Assembly: GCF_006345805.1 (NCBI RefSeq)
Contig: NC_042998.1
Location: forward strand, 48,980,001-49,044,000
DNA: 64,000 nt
Direction of reading: 5' to 3'
Origin: Octopus sinensis
Taxonomy: Eukaryota
Below are positions 12,913 through 25,989 of the stretch, piece after piece. A program made the translations under genes and the position numbers. Position 1 is the stretch's first letter. Every line of letters starts with the position of its first letter. The notes beneath the pieces are model-generated. The model saw only the letters and a list, made by a program, of their open reading frames with translations, was not told the origin of the DNA and did no database searches.

Positions 12913-13691
12913 TTTATATATAATAATAATAATGAAATTATTGTATACAGTGCTCAGGTGCACCACAACTTGTCAGAAAGTGCATATAAAGTACATGCAG
13001 TAATGTAGAAATGTCTGGAAAGTGAACATGCTTGTGTGTGTATCAAGTGTAGTGTTGGCGAATCTCAGGAAGCATGGAAGTTTTGAAGGATGCAGTGCTC
13101 CGACAACTACAACCGATGCCGGCAGTTTGTTCCACGCTTCAGCAACTCTCAGCGTGAAAAAATGTTTCCTGAAGTCATGGGAGCTGTGCTGTTTTCTTAC
13201 TTTGTAAATATGTCCACGGGTGTTAGATGGGTGGAGTTTGAAGAGGTGCTCAGAGTTATTGTTTGTGCGATGGTTGATAATTTTATGGGTGTCTGCCAAG
13301 TCAGCTGCCAGACGTCGGAGTTTCAATGTGTCCATGCCCAGGGAAGTAAGGCGTTCAGGATATGGCAAATGCCTGATGGAGGGTATTCTTTTGGTTGCAC
13401 GTCGCTGAACAGCTTCCAGACGATTGATGTCCTGGGCAAGATAGTGGTTCCAGACCGGTGATGCAAATTCCAGGTGAGGTCTTACCATAGCTATATAAAG
13501 CCGCAGATAGATAGCCGGAGAGCGTCTCACAAAGGATTTGGTGAGTGATGCCATGACACCCTCAGCCTTCTTGACAATTTTAGCGATGTGTTTTGTCCAA
13601 CGCAAATCACTGTCGACAATAACACCCAGGTCACGTTCACTTGAAGACTTTTTGAGGCTAGTGTTGTGGAGGGAGTAGGTGGACGCTGGGT
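12913..13691 (-). mobile_element. 5'-truncated CR1-clade LINE
   Basis: ORF 12973-13755 with ERDLGVIVDSDL, VRPHLEFASPVW, LEAVQRRATKRI, TRGH, WNKLP; (ATT)n tail; probable TSD tgatcagt at 12905-12912 and 13692-13699. Confidence 0.9.
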
Positions 13692-13984
13692 TGATCAGTC
13701 TAAAGCGTTTTATAAAGCTGACAGTCAGGACCAGATGGGTGCTACACGCAACCAATTTGGGTTCGATGTTGAGGGGATATATTGATGCAATATCCAGCGA
13801 CAGCTAGTTGATGATAGCAGAAAATGATCGACCAGTGGAGCAGTTTCGTATCGCGCGATCTGTCTGGCGAGGTTAGCTCCTCTCATTGCTTTAGTGAATT
13901 TGCTTCGAAAACAGGATTGTTCGATTGTCTCAATTGAAAGATAAATTACTAGTTACCCTTATTCTCAAGTCAGCATATCGGTAT

Positions 13985-14400
13985 AAAGAGTCGGTTTCGC
14001 ACTTGCACGAAGCTTAGACTAAACTCGATTTGAAAGCAAAATTATTTTCTTAAGGATCTCAGGTCAGTAGATGTAGATGTTGTAGCTATCAATGAAACCA
14101 GGATTTCTGGTATGCATGCACTCAAGCTCTTCAAGGAGTATAACGCATCTCCAGTCGGCTGGGATCGAGCGAATATCAGTGCTGTTCAGGAAAGGCCTGG
14201 ATTTCGAAATACGAAAAATCTTCATGGATTTAGACAGTGAGTTGGTGGTTCTAAACATGAAGAATAGCCAAAACAATGCCTTTCTATGAGTGGCTGTGGG
14301 AGGTGGTCCGACCGTTCCAAAAATGTAAATGATATTCATGGGAATATCTCACATATTAGTGCTTATGGGCTACTGGAATTACACCTTGATCTCGGGCCAC
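13985..14400 (+). mobile_element. Decayed L1/Tx1-like LINE APE endonuclease region
   Basis: Frameshifted motifs DVDVVAINETR, SVLFRKGLDFEIRKIFMDLDSELVVL and VLMGYWNYTLD (GDFN-like); upstream 12420-13980 is probably ORF1 remnant interrupted by the CR1. Confidence 0.65.
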
Positions 14401-14465
14401 GATTATGCGGGAGTAAATAATAGGAATGAGTGTAAACCTGTTGAGGTAATTCTAACAATCTAACA

Positions 14466-14673
14466 CAGGGGTTCTCAAATGTTAGAGAAAAATGTTTGAG
14501 AAAGAAACCAAGCTGTTTTTTGCAATGCATACCAATAAATATATCAAAAGCAAATTTTTTTCAGGAGCCCTTAAAATAGTATTTGGATCCCAAATTTACA
14601 ATTTTCTTCGTGGAACCCCAAAAATCTCATGTGGACCCTCAGGGGCCATGTGGTCCCTGGTTGAGAACCAATG
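14466..14673. mobile_element. hAT (Charlie-like) MITE
   Basis: Termini caggggttctcaa / ttgagaaccaatg; imperfect 8-bp TSD atctaaca/atccaata. Confidence 0.7.
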
Positions 14674-15251
14674 ATCCAATAAATATTAAATGAGTTTGCC
14701 GAAAGTGCCAAAGTGGACTTACACAAATCGTATCGTTTTCAATAAAGTATTTGATAGACTACCATATAGAGAGAACATACTGAAATTGTAATCATGTGTC
14801 AAGTGAAGACCAAGATTGAGCGCCAGATAACTGGAATGTTGTTAGGTGCTTTCAGTCCTCTTCCAGTCATGAAATGTTGTCGTTGTGAAAAGTTTTAAAC
14901 AAACACCTGCTTAGTTGTCTATTCAGGAGGATGTTCCGCCCAGGGTCAATGGACAATTTCATAGCATACTTCGCCTCTTAGTGATCGCGGTGGTTTGGTG
15001 GTTTGTATGTACGGAAGTGTCGTCAGCAGCAAAATGAAACCGTTCAACACACACACAAATGTTCAATATCCGAATATGGTTGACTTTTAAAGTCATGTCG
15101 ACCAGCAATTGACGCAAATAGAATAAGTCCTGTAATCATCAGAATCCATTGTGAAAATCTCCTGCTATCTTCCTGTGCTTGTTAATGCTAAGCTGTTTCT
15201 CTGTCTGCTGTAGTGAAAAAGGTTGTATGATAGACAAGAGTAAAAGAACTA

Positions 15252-15761
15252 CCGTAAATCCTCGAGTATAGTCCGCCCTTGAGTATAATACGCAGGGGAT
15301 TTTTAGGGGGATGTACCTCTGAAAAACCTAAACCTTGTGTATAATACGCACCCCTTCTCTAACTTGAGTCAAGGAGGTCTATATAACGTCCTTAGTTTGT
15401 AAAAATGTATTCGATAAAGTCTTTATTATTATTGTATATATAACATAATGCAAACGTGTAGCTTTTTTGTGCATTTTGTTTGCAGAAAATAAAGAAATAA
15501 CAGTAATAACGTTTAATAAATGTTGCTTACTGCAAGCTATGGATGATCCTTTTACGACTTCGTTGTTTTCAGGCTTAGCTTAAGGTATTTTCGCGCCCGA
15601 CATCACAAAATGCGTCTGAATAAACATTGCCGGACAGCAAATAGAGACTCGGACATTGCTTAGAAAACAATTTTCATTTTTAACCTCGTATATAGTACAC
15701 ACTGGGGATTTTGACCTTTAAATTTTGGGAAAAATTACGGATTATACTCGAGGATTCACGG
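15252..15761. mobile_element. Tc2/pogo-like MITE
   Basis: TIR ccgtaaatcctcgagtata / tatactcgaggattcacgg; TA on both sides. Confidence 0.85.
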
Positions 15762-16252
15762 TATAAGAAGGCAATTTCCACTTGAACCAAGCTTTCCTCA
15801 ACTTCTTCAAGTAACATACGTATCATACGTAATGAGGAGAGTGGGATGCTGCCCGAACGATTAGGCCTACTCTCAATATCTGCTTGCTGTGTAGGCCGGT
15901 TAACTTAGCTGAATGTGTACACATCACCTTAGCAACACGAGTATCCAGAATCTGTAGGGTTCCCTGATCATCCTCCAAGTGGCTGTTCCTCTAAAAGGAC
16001 GTTTCATATCATTTCTTTATGTATTGTTGTTTTTCACGCCAGTCTTCTTTCTCATAGCCCGCTTTTATAATTTGCCATGGCAATATCTCCTTGTCGGTTG
16101 CCATGATGACAAAAGAAGACTTCGATTTTTTATTAACTTCGATAGGTTTAGTAAAAAATAACCAAGAATATTCTGAAGTCGATTCAATCAACTTTATTTT
16201 TTTGTCAATAAACGATTTCCGAATTATTTCCTAATCAATTCTGGTGTTATTG

Positions 16253-16354
<102 letters not shown>

Positions 16355-17206
16355 CTTTTCATCATATTTTAATATTGTCGATTTATTTAGGCAGGGGAAC
16401 ATCAGACTTGAAGATTTACAATTATAACAAATATTATCCTCATCGCTTTCGTCAATATTGTCAACACCGTCGTCGTCATAACTACCACCCTCATCCTTCT
16501 CCTCCTCCTCCACCTCTTCCTCCACAAATCCTCCTCCTCCTCTTCCTCCTTCACGTCCTCATCATCATCATCATTGTTTTAACATTTGTTTCTTCGTCGT
16601 TGTTGTTTTAGCCCCAAATTACTCTTGATCAAACAAACTGCTGATCACGGGCATTCCAGCCGTGACCATCCCATGTTGAGTTTCTCAGATATAACATCTC
16701 TAGGTTCACATTATCTAATGCGTACTTCATTTTTTTTTTCTTATCTTTTTAACTTTTGAAACATGATAGAAAATTATTTTAAAGAGAGACTCGGCTACTA
16801 TTTCTAGCAGGAAGAGCAATATTTTGTGGTCATGTGCAATCTTTCCCGAGAAGCGGACCGCATGAAACATGGCTCACCATCACCGCTATAAAACATAGGT
16901 AGTAGAGTCCAGTTGTTCGGCTAAAGCCCTCAATGCCGTGCTGCAGCATGGCCACTGTCCAATGACTGAAACAAGTAATAGATAAAGGATAGGTTTAGAT
17001 ACTGTTAAATAAATATATTGACAAAGAGTGACATCTGTTTCATCAGAAAGTTCGTCAGCAATATAGTTATGCCCGGCCGACTCGATACTGGTAAGGACCG
17101 AGAGAATCTGACTGTCAAATTAAAACAGAGTATTGCGTAGCCGGCCGGAGCCGCACAGACGCGGAGTGATTTCTGCCCATTGCTCTCAATGTCAAACTGA
17201 AGGTGA

Positions 17207-17215
17207 AAGAAGAAA

Positions 17216-17256
<41 letters not shown>

Positions 17257-17325
17257 AAAGAAAGGAAGGAAGAAAAGAAAAAAGAAAGAAAAAAAGAAAG
17301 GAAGGAACAAAGAAAGGAAGGAACA

Positions 17326-17365
<40 letters not shown>

Positions 17366-17425
17366 AAAAAGAAAGAAAAAAAGAAAGGAAGGAAGAAAGA
17401 AAGAAAGAAAGAAAAAAGAAAGGAA

Positions 17426-17457
<32 letters not shown>

Positions 17458-17712
17458 AAAGAAAGAAAAAAGAAAGGAAGGAAGAAAGGAAGGAAGGAAC
17501 AAAGAAAGAAAGAAAGAAAGAAAGAAAGAAGAAAGAAAGAAAGAGAGAAAGAAAGAAAGAAAGAGAGAAAGAAAGAAAGAAAGAGAGAAAGAGAGAAAGA
17601 AAGAAGAAAGAAAGAAAGAAAGAAGAAAGAAAGAGAGAAAGAGAGAAAGAAAGAAAGAAAGAAAGAAAAGAAAAAAGAAAGAAAAAAAGAAAGGAAGGAA
17701 GAAAGGAAGAAA

Positions 17713-17761
<49 letters not shown>

Positions 17762-17878
17762 GAGAAAGAAAGAAAGAAAGAGAGAGAAAGAAAGAAAGAA
17801 AGAAAGAAAGAAAGGAAGGAAGAAAGAAAGAAAGAAAGAAAGAGAGAAAGAAAGAAAGAAAGAGAGAAAGAGAGAAAG

Positions 17879-17913
<35 letters not shown>
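17207..17913. repeat. ~700-bp (GAAA)n polypurine tract
   Basis: Almost only A/G on the + strand; source of the KKER/FFLS pseudo-ORFs. Confidence 0.97.
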
Positions 17914-17944
17914 AGGATGGATGGATGGATGGTGGGATCGATGT

Positions 17945-18360
17945 CATTATTCAGTTTATTAACAAGATTTCTTGCCAATAGAGAAAGAGGGAGTTTCTAA
18001 CCTAGATCCAAGGCTCCTTCTTTGGAATTTCAACATCAACACGGTATTTTTGTATGCATGTATGTATATGTGCAGATTTGTATGTTTTATTTTATGTATA
18101 TATTCTCATGCATATAGCTGCCTGTCTAGACATGCTCATATATACTCAAATGATAAACTTCTGGAAATTTTTACAGATTTTTTACAGTTCCAGTGATGGC
18201 TTGGATCTGTACTCTTCGAATCAGCTTTCTTCTTTTTGGCTTTCAGAAGCCTAATTTCTCAAGACTGGTATTTAGGCAGTATGTTACATATCCCAGGACC
18301 CCAATAATTACAGGTATGAACCTGAACTTGTAATCTGGATAGGGTAGGTGTAGATTCCTC
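17945..18360 (-). mobile_element. 3' end of RLE-type (R4/Dong-like) non-LTR element
   Basis: Translates to YKFRFIPVIIGVLG..IQAITGTVKICKNF, followed by 3' UTR. Confidence 0.75.
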
Positions 18361-18376
18361 AATGTATGTATGTGTG

Positions 18377-18407
<31 letters not shown>

Positions 18408-18408
<1 letters not shown>

Positions 18409-18873
18409 GGCGTAGGAGTGGCTGTGTGGTAAGTAGCTTGCTTACAAACCACATGGTTCCGGGTTCAGTCCCACTGGTGGCACCTTGGGCAAGTGTCTTC
18501 TACTATAGCCTCGGGCCGACCAAAGCCTTGTGAGTGGATTTGGTAGACGGAAACTGAAAGAAGCCCGTCGTATAAATGTGTGTGTGTGTGTGTGTGTCTG
18601 TGTTTGTCCCCCCCCCCCACACAAAGCCTAGTACTTATTCTATCGGTCTCTTTTGCCGAACCGCTAAGTTACGGGGACGTAAACACACGGTTGTCAAGCG
18701 ATGGAATGATAAATAAAGATTCCATCGCTTGACAACCGTGTGTTTACGTCCCCCGTAACTTAGCGGTTCGGCAAAAGAGACCGATAGAACAAGTACTAGG
18801 CTTACAAAGAATAAGTCCTGGGGTCGACTTGCTCGACTAAAGGCATTGCTCCAGCATGGCCGCAGTCAAATGA
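18408..18873 (+). mobile_element. SINE family A with internal foldback duplication
   Basis: Full head aggcgtaggagtggctgtgtggtaag..gggttcagtcccact; tail interrupted by a TIR element. Confidence 0.9.
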
Positions 18874-19271
18874 CTGGTCATAGAGTGACCAATGGTTTCA
18901 CATCCATAAAGCGCTTTGCCTTATAAACAACTCACTAGACTCCAAATGCTCCTACAGCAAGCGTGGGATTTCCCGTTCGTTGATTAGGAACATAAAAATT
19001 ATTTGTGGCCTGGAACCAATCTAAGGGCGGGACTCGCAGGTCGTCGATTAGGACCGTAAAAATTTGCTGACCGGACTAATCTAAGGGCAATAACCCGTTC
19101 CACTTAAGGCTCGGACAATATAATTTTTTGTTTACAAAATTAACCGACAATAACGGTTTTCTATCTCCAGTTTGAAAGAAAGTTATCTGTCGGCAGCCAT
19201 TGGAGTCTGACGAGACGTCTATAAGGCTTAGCGCTTTATGGATGCGAAACCACAGGTCACTCTATGACCAG
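18874..19271. mobile_element. Non-autonomous element with long imperfect TIRs
   Basis: ctggtcatagagtgacc / ggtcactctatgaccag; inverted similarity extends ~85 bp. Confidence 0.8.
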
Positions 19272-19764
19272 CCATGTAATTAACTTCCTATAAATACATT
19301 ACTGCCCTAACGTTTTGAATGAGCTTCTTTTTCGGATATATGATCCACTGATGATCCATATATATATTTATATTCTGACATCTGTTGTTGCTGGTAGCAT
19401 CACCAATCAATGAAAAATGTGTGACTTAGCTCTTGGTATCCAGGGAGCGGAGGAATGATTGAATAAAAGTCGCAATTTTTATCTAGAAAAAGAGGCACTA
19501 GAAAAAAGTAACACTATATCTATATATCATCAACAATTGCTTACGAACCACATGATTGTGTGTGTATATGTTTATGTGGCTGTGTTTGTCCCCCCAACAT
19601 CGCTTGACAACCGATGCTGGTGTGTTTACGTCCCCGTAACTATTTATTAATTCTTTAAATACATTTTTTACATGTGAATTTGCGTGTGTAATCTGGGAAT
19701 GCATACAATGAGCTTCTCTGCACGGAAAACACTCGGCGAGAAACGGAAGAAAATTTGAAAGAAG

Positions 19765-19813
<49 letters not shown>

Positions 19814-20916
19814 TCCGAATACAACCAATTTCGGAATTAGAGATAGACATACAAGAAACAAGCACAGAAAAAGCTAGGCGCATGAAAACCCGTGCCAAAA
19901 CTGCGGCCTTAGATATTCTGAATAATAAATGGCAAGAAAAACCTCTCTATGGCAAATACCCAAAGAGAGCGAATAATGCAGATATCGACAAAGCCCTGAC
20001 CCATCAATGGCTAATGGCCTCTGGCTTAAAATCTGAAACAGAGGGGTTTATCATAGCAGCTCAAGATCAATGCCTACCAACAAGAAACTACCAGGCCAAC
20101 ATATTAAAGATCAGAAGCAGTCCAACGTGTCGTGTATGCAAGCAACAAAATGAAACCATTGACCATGTGGTCTCCAAGTGCAGTCTTCTAGCGCCTACAG
20201 AGTATCTCAACAGGCACGATAGAGCTGCACAATATATTCACTGGGTAATCTGTAAAAACCTGGATTTGCCCCATGAAAAAAACTGGTGGGAACACAAACC
20301 ACCCCCAGTGCTTGAAAATGACCACATCTCACTCCTCTGGAACTTCACCATTCAAACTGACAGGAAGATAGATGCAAATAGGCCAGACATCATATTGAAA
20401 GACTTCAAACAAAGAACATGCCTCCTCATTGATATGACTGTCCCAATCGATATAAACGTATCTGTCAGGACCTACCAAAAACTGAGCAAATATAAAGATC
20501 TTGAAATAGAAATCAGCAAAATGTGGAAGCTGAAGACTAAAACAATACCTGTTGTCATAGGTGCCCTGGGAATGATAGCAAAAGGGGCTGACAGCTACCT
20601 AACTCAGATACCAGGAAACCCAAAAATGGCAGAAGTTCAAAAGATAGTGCTCATGGGAACTGCTCATATCCTACGCAAAATACTCTCTATGTAACCTCAA
20701 GGTTTAAAACAACCATAATTTTCGGTTTAAAAAAAAAAAAAAAAACTTTTTTTTTTTTTTTAGACATTCATTAGTACAACATCCCCACCCCCACCCCCCA
20801 AATATATGGCACACTAGGCATAACAACAACATGAACTTCCAACCCTGTTGTTTCTTGAGGTCTCTGGGTGAGACTTGGAGCCAACTTGTACAAATATAAA
20901 GCAAAAGTCAAACATA

Positions 20917-20917
<1 letters not shown>
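19814..20917 (+). mobile_element. 5'-truncated R4/Dong-like non-LTR retrotransposon in (TAA)n
   Basis: Uninterrupted ORF 19882-20694: CRVC..ETIDHVVSKC zinc knuckle, RHD, RPDII, IDMTVP..K restriction-like endonuclease; (TAA)n on both sides. Confidence 0.92.
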
Positions 20918-20976
<59 letters not shown>

Positions 20977-21875
20977 CAACAACAACAACAACAACACCAA
21001 CAACCTTAACAACAATAATAAATAATGTAAGGGAAATAACTACATAAGCAAATAAGCTAATAAGAGTTACTTCCCTTTGCATATTCAGCTGCTTTTATGT
21101 TATGTTCTAGAACTGGACATTTCCCATTTCTGTGGAAAAAACATTTAGATTGGTAAATGTTTCCGTGTTCCTAGACATCCAATTACTAAATAATTAAATT
21201 CATTGATTGAATGTTCTGTCTGGTACCTCAAAAAATTCTGAAAGTCGTATGTCAAGAATTTTGCATATCGACACGAATCTCTCCACACACACACACACAC
21301 TGCTGTCCCGAATTTGTTTCCTCATAACTTTCAGAAAAATGGATATTTTTTAATTGAATTTTCGACATATGCCAGATGTAAAAAAAAAAAAAAAAGAACC
21401 ATGTGCATGCTCTTGATTGAGCTGCGGCTCTGTCGTGCCTTCGGCCGTGGGGATGAAGGGCTCTTCCATTGTGACGACTGCTGCTTCGTCTCAGGTCGTA
21501 CCCTTAGACCCAACTCTTGTAACTATACTTTTCTCTATTTCCCTATTTTGAAGCATATTTCACCACACAATAACTGAGTTTAACTATTGTTTTTCTTATA
21601 AGTGGTCTCTAATTTAGACTCAAGAACCGCAGTTTTGATGGGAGTGGGTTGGTCTGTATCGTCGATCCAAGTATTTGACTGATACCTTATTCTGTCAACT
21701 CTCGAAGAGATGAAGAATAAAGTTGACTTCCGGCCACATTTGAACTCAGAACATAAAGATCCGGGACAAATATCGCAAAACATTTTTTTTCTGATGCCTT
21801 AATGATTCTGCTAGCTCGCTGCCTTTATTTTTCATAAATCATTTGAATGAATCAGATGATTACTAACATATACTA

Positions 21876-22087
21876 CGAGCGAGTGTGAAAAGTTCCTGGC
21901 TTTGGGTAAAGGAAAATACAGGAGGATCTGCTATGATTTTGTACAACATATTCCCCTCTCAGGTTCACACACTTATTGCAGCAGTCGTTCAGTTTTTCTA
22001 AACCCTGTAGATTAACTTGGAAGGTTGGGCCTCGAACCAGGCCTTTCGTAATTCCCATAAAGCCAGGAACTTTTCAGCACACCTTCG
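21876..22087. mobile_element. mariner-derived MITE
   Basis: TIRs cgag..gaaaagttcctggcttt / aaagccaggaacttttc..ttcg; TA flanks; internal KCVNLRGEYV transposase C-terminus. Confidence 0.85.
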
Positions 22088-22100
22088 TATAGATAACTTT

Positions 22101-22306
22101 ATAATATAATAATAATAATGAAATTATTGTATACAGTGCTCAGGTGCACCACAACTTGTCAGAAAGTGCATATAAAGTACATGCAGTAATGTAGAAATGT
22201 CTGGAAAGCGAACAATGTATGAGTCAGATACATGCTTGTGTGTGTATGGAGGGGAGAAAATCAAGTGTAGTGTTGGCGAATCTCAGGAAGCATGGAAGTT
22301 TTGAAG
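22101..22306 (-). mobile_element. CR1 3'-end fragment (same family as 12913-13691)
   Basis: Near-identical 3' UTR and (ATT)n tail. Confidence 0.9.
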
Positions 22307-22481
22307 CGCAGGGTGGATTGGCTGAAACGTTAGGGCATCTTGCTGTATGCATTTATGTCTCCTGACAATCAGAGTGCAAATACCATTAAGATCAAGATTA
22401 CATTTAATCCTTCCAAAGTTCAATAAAGAACCAGTAATGTATTGGTGTCTACATAACCGACTATACTTTCCCTTTTGTTCT

Positions 22482-23851
22482 AGAAATACCGTCGGGGAAG
22501 GTTAGGAAACAGAAAGAGGAGACGGCCTATAAGTACTTGGGGATATTGGAAATGGATAAATTGATGGAGAAAGAAATTACAGAAAAATTTAATGTAGAGG
22601 ACTCGCGCAGACTGAGACTGATCCTTAAGTCGAAGTTAAACAGACGGAATAAGATTGAAGCTATCAACACCTGGGCGGTTTCACTCCTTATATATGGAGA
22701 AGGGGTAATCGCATGGACAGTAGACGAACTAAACAGCTTAGACAGAAAGACAAGGAAGTTGCTAACTAGATATGGGTTACTCCACCCAAAAAGTGACACA
22801 GACAGACTGTATGTACCAAGAAAAAGAGGGGGAAGAGGACTTATTGGATGCGAACACAGCATTAGAGCAGAAAACAACATAGCATGGTATGTAAAATATT
22901 CCACAGAACCGCTATTATTAGAAGTAAGAAGATCAGGCTTGTGTAGGGTGAAAGATTGCAAAGATAAAGCACTATACAATAAATTGAACACGAATGAAAC
23001 TGAAAATATGTGGGTAAAGAAAAGATGCGTGGTCAATTTCATAGAGATGTTGAAGATAAGACAGACAGAGGAAAAAGATGGCTGTGGATGACTAAATGTA
23101 ATTTAAAACCGGAAACGGAGCCTCTAATCTGTGCTGCCCAAGAGCAAGCACTAAGAACAAACTACATAAAATACAGAATATACAACACAATAGAACGTGA
23201 TAAGTGCAGAATCTGTGGACAAAACGAGGAAACCGTATGACATATTACTAGACAATGTACGCCACTAGCCCAGAAGGAATATAAGAGACGCCACGACAAT
23301 ATAGCCAGGCTTATCCATTGGACACTTTGCAACAAGTATGGACTTGACAGAGCAAAAGATTGGTACGACCACAAACCTGAAGGAATCGTCGAAAATAGAA
23401 TTGCAAAGATCCTATGGGATTTTATGATTCGGTGCGACCATGAGATAGAGAATAGGAAGCCGGACATAGTCTTAATTGAGAAAGAACACAAACTATGCTG
23501 GATCATAGATATAGCATGCCCAGCTGACAACAAGGTATGCGACAAGGAAGAAAGAAAAGTCGAGAGATATGACAAGTTAGCTTGGGAAGCTAAGCAGTTG
23601 TTGTCAATGAAAAAAGTAGCAGTAGTACCAATAATTGTCGGAGCCCTGGGAACAGTGAACAAAAATCTCGAGAAGTGCGTGGAACAAATAGGGACTGCAG
23701 TAAGGGTGAAGCATTTGCAGAAAACGGCGCTGCTTGGAACCGCTCGAATACTCCGGAAGGTGCTCGAAAAATAAGAGGTGTTACCTTAGTTCACTGGTAG
23801 TGAACAGCTGATTCAGTAGTACATCGCCAGCGTTAGAAGCTGTGCAAAGGC
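22482..23851 (+). mobile_element. R4/Dong-like non-LTR element, frameshifted
   Basis: YKYLG, DRLYVPRKRGGRGL, AAQEQAL, CRIC..H..C, RHD, KPDIV; ends in (TAA)n. Confidence 0.9.
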
Positions 23852-23873
23852 AATAATAATAATAATAATAATG

Positions 23874-23943
<70 letters not shown>

Positions 23944-23944
<1 letters not shown>

Positions 23945-25238
23945 GATAGGAAAATACGCAAGCTGCTGAGTTGTAATAGGATGCACCACCCAAAGGCAGA
24001 CGTAGATCGCCTTTACCTTCCCAGAGCCCAAGGAGGTCGAGGCCTGATCCAATTTGAACTAGCTTATAAAACAACCACAATTGGACTGGCCAAATATCTC
24101 GAAATATCGAATGACTGGATGCTAAAGCTCGTGGAAAATCACGAGAGACGAAAGAAGCTTCATTCTATCATAAAGGAAAGCAAAAAATTTGCTATTGATC
24201 TCGTGCAGGATACCCAAACTGAACAACCCGAGGGAAGTACGGCAATTATTGTTGCAAAGAAGGTGAAAATAATGGCAACGAAAAAAGCGCACGAGCAATT
24301 GGCTGATAGGTGGGAGGAGAAACCTCTGCACGGCAAATATGTGACCCGCAGCAAACAAGCTGATGTTGACCAGAAGCAAACCCATCAATGGCTACGGAGC
24401 TCAGGGCTAAAAGCAGAGAGCGAAGGTTTCATCCTGGCTGCTCAAGATCAAAGCCTATTAACCCGGAACAACCAGGCCAATGTGATGAAAAATTGAGCAG
24501 ACCCAAAATGCCGATTCTGCAACGACATGATTGAAACAGTGGACCACCTAATCTCTGGATGTAAAGTCTTAGCTCCAGTGGAGTATAAATTAAGACATGA
24601 CAGAGTTGGCCAATATCTACACCGGCTAATAAGTCGGCATTACAATATCAAAACTGCCGACAAGTGGTATAATCACCACCCTGAGGCTGTAACTGATGGA
24701 GAAAATGTAACCATTCTGTGGGACTTTCCAGTACATACAGACCGAACCATCAAGGCCAATAAACCAGATATTGTTGTGAAAGACCAAAACAATAAAGTTT
24801 GCTTATTGATCGACATGAGCATCCCCTGTGATCATAATATCTCAGCGAAAGAGTTTGACAAGCTCAGAAAATATAAAGACCTACTCATTGAAATTGAGAA
24901 AATGTGGCATCTCAAGGCGGTTACAATACCAGTGATCGTAGGAGCACTAGGAATGATCAAGAAGGGAACCGAAAATTATATGAGAATGATCCCTGGCTTA
25001 CCATCCCTGCAAGAAGTGCAAAAGATTGTCTTAACTGGTACATCACACGTATTGAGAAGAGCATTGTCGATGTGAGATCTGTTGCTGCTCATGTATTTTA
25101 ATTTAACTTTTAAAAAAATATAAAAAAAAAAAAATAAAAAGAAATGAACGAACTATTGAGTTTGGTTTAATGGCCTACCAATGAATACTATGAGTTTCTA
25201 TGCAAGAAATGGAAGCAAATTTGAAAGAAGAAAAAAAA
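23944..25238 (+). mobile_element. R4/Dong-like non-LTR element, one internal stop
   Basis: DRLYLPRAQGGRGL, AAQDQSL, ETVDHLISGC, RHD, KPDIV; begins and ends in (TAA)n. Confidence 0.9.
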
Positions 25239-25989
25239 TGATAATAATAATAATAATGGAATTTTAGTATATATTTCGTATATGATCCGTGCTACTTGAC
25301 TTTTAAACATTAATCCTTCAGGTATGCACATAGATCCATAAAAATAATTATTTCGGTTCAGATTTTAGATGAATTGAATCTTAGCTTTATACTGTTGTAT
25401 CATCCTTAAAACACTTCATTGTGACTTGTGACATTTCTCAGTACGAAAGGTTCCATCCGAGATATTAAAAATAAGTACTGAGGTTGATTTGTTCGACTAA
25501 ATAAACCCTTTAAGGCGGTGCCCTAGCGCGACCTCAGCCCAATGACTGAAGCAGGTACATGATAGAAAATAATCAAATAACATTTTCCATTTTTATTTTC
25601 TTAATTCAAAGACTTTAAATTTCAGACCATGAACTAGTATAAAGACTTTGTATGAGCAGCAATTACAAACTTCGTTTTGCTAGTTGTTGGATCAGTTTAT
25701 TTATCTGTTCTCTCACTGTCACTTACTTTTTATAATTGTCTCTTTAAAACACTTCATTTTTGTACTAACATCAAACCAAACTTTATTTTCCACAGGCCTT
25801 ACTATAATGTTCGATCTGAAGCTGCTAGTTTATAAGAGGTTTCGCTTTGCAAATGGTGCGTAATAACCCACAGCCTTGATTTACTGCAGTAGTTTACATG
25901 TTAATTTATGATGTGCAAAACACGTTTTTGAATACATATTTTATTCTTATTTTTATTCCTATTTTTTTTTCTATTACAGATAGCGATGA

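Noticed and set aside
17025-17064. CUGACGA..GAAAC-agau-GUC hammerhead-like string (minus strand)
   Set aside because: Neither stem I nor stem II can pair
17005-18000. Long KKER/FFLS ORFs as proteins
   Set aside because: Translation of the (GAAA)n microsatellite, open in most frames
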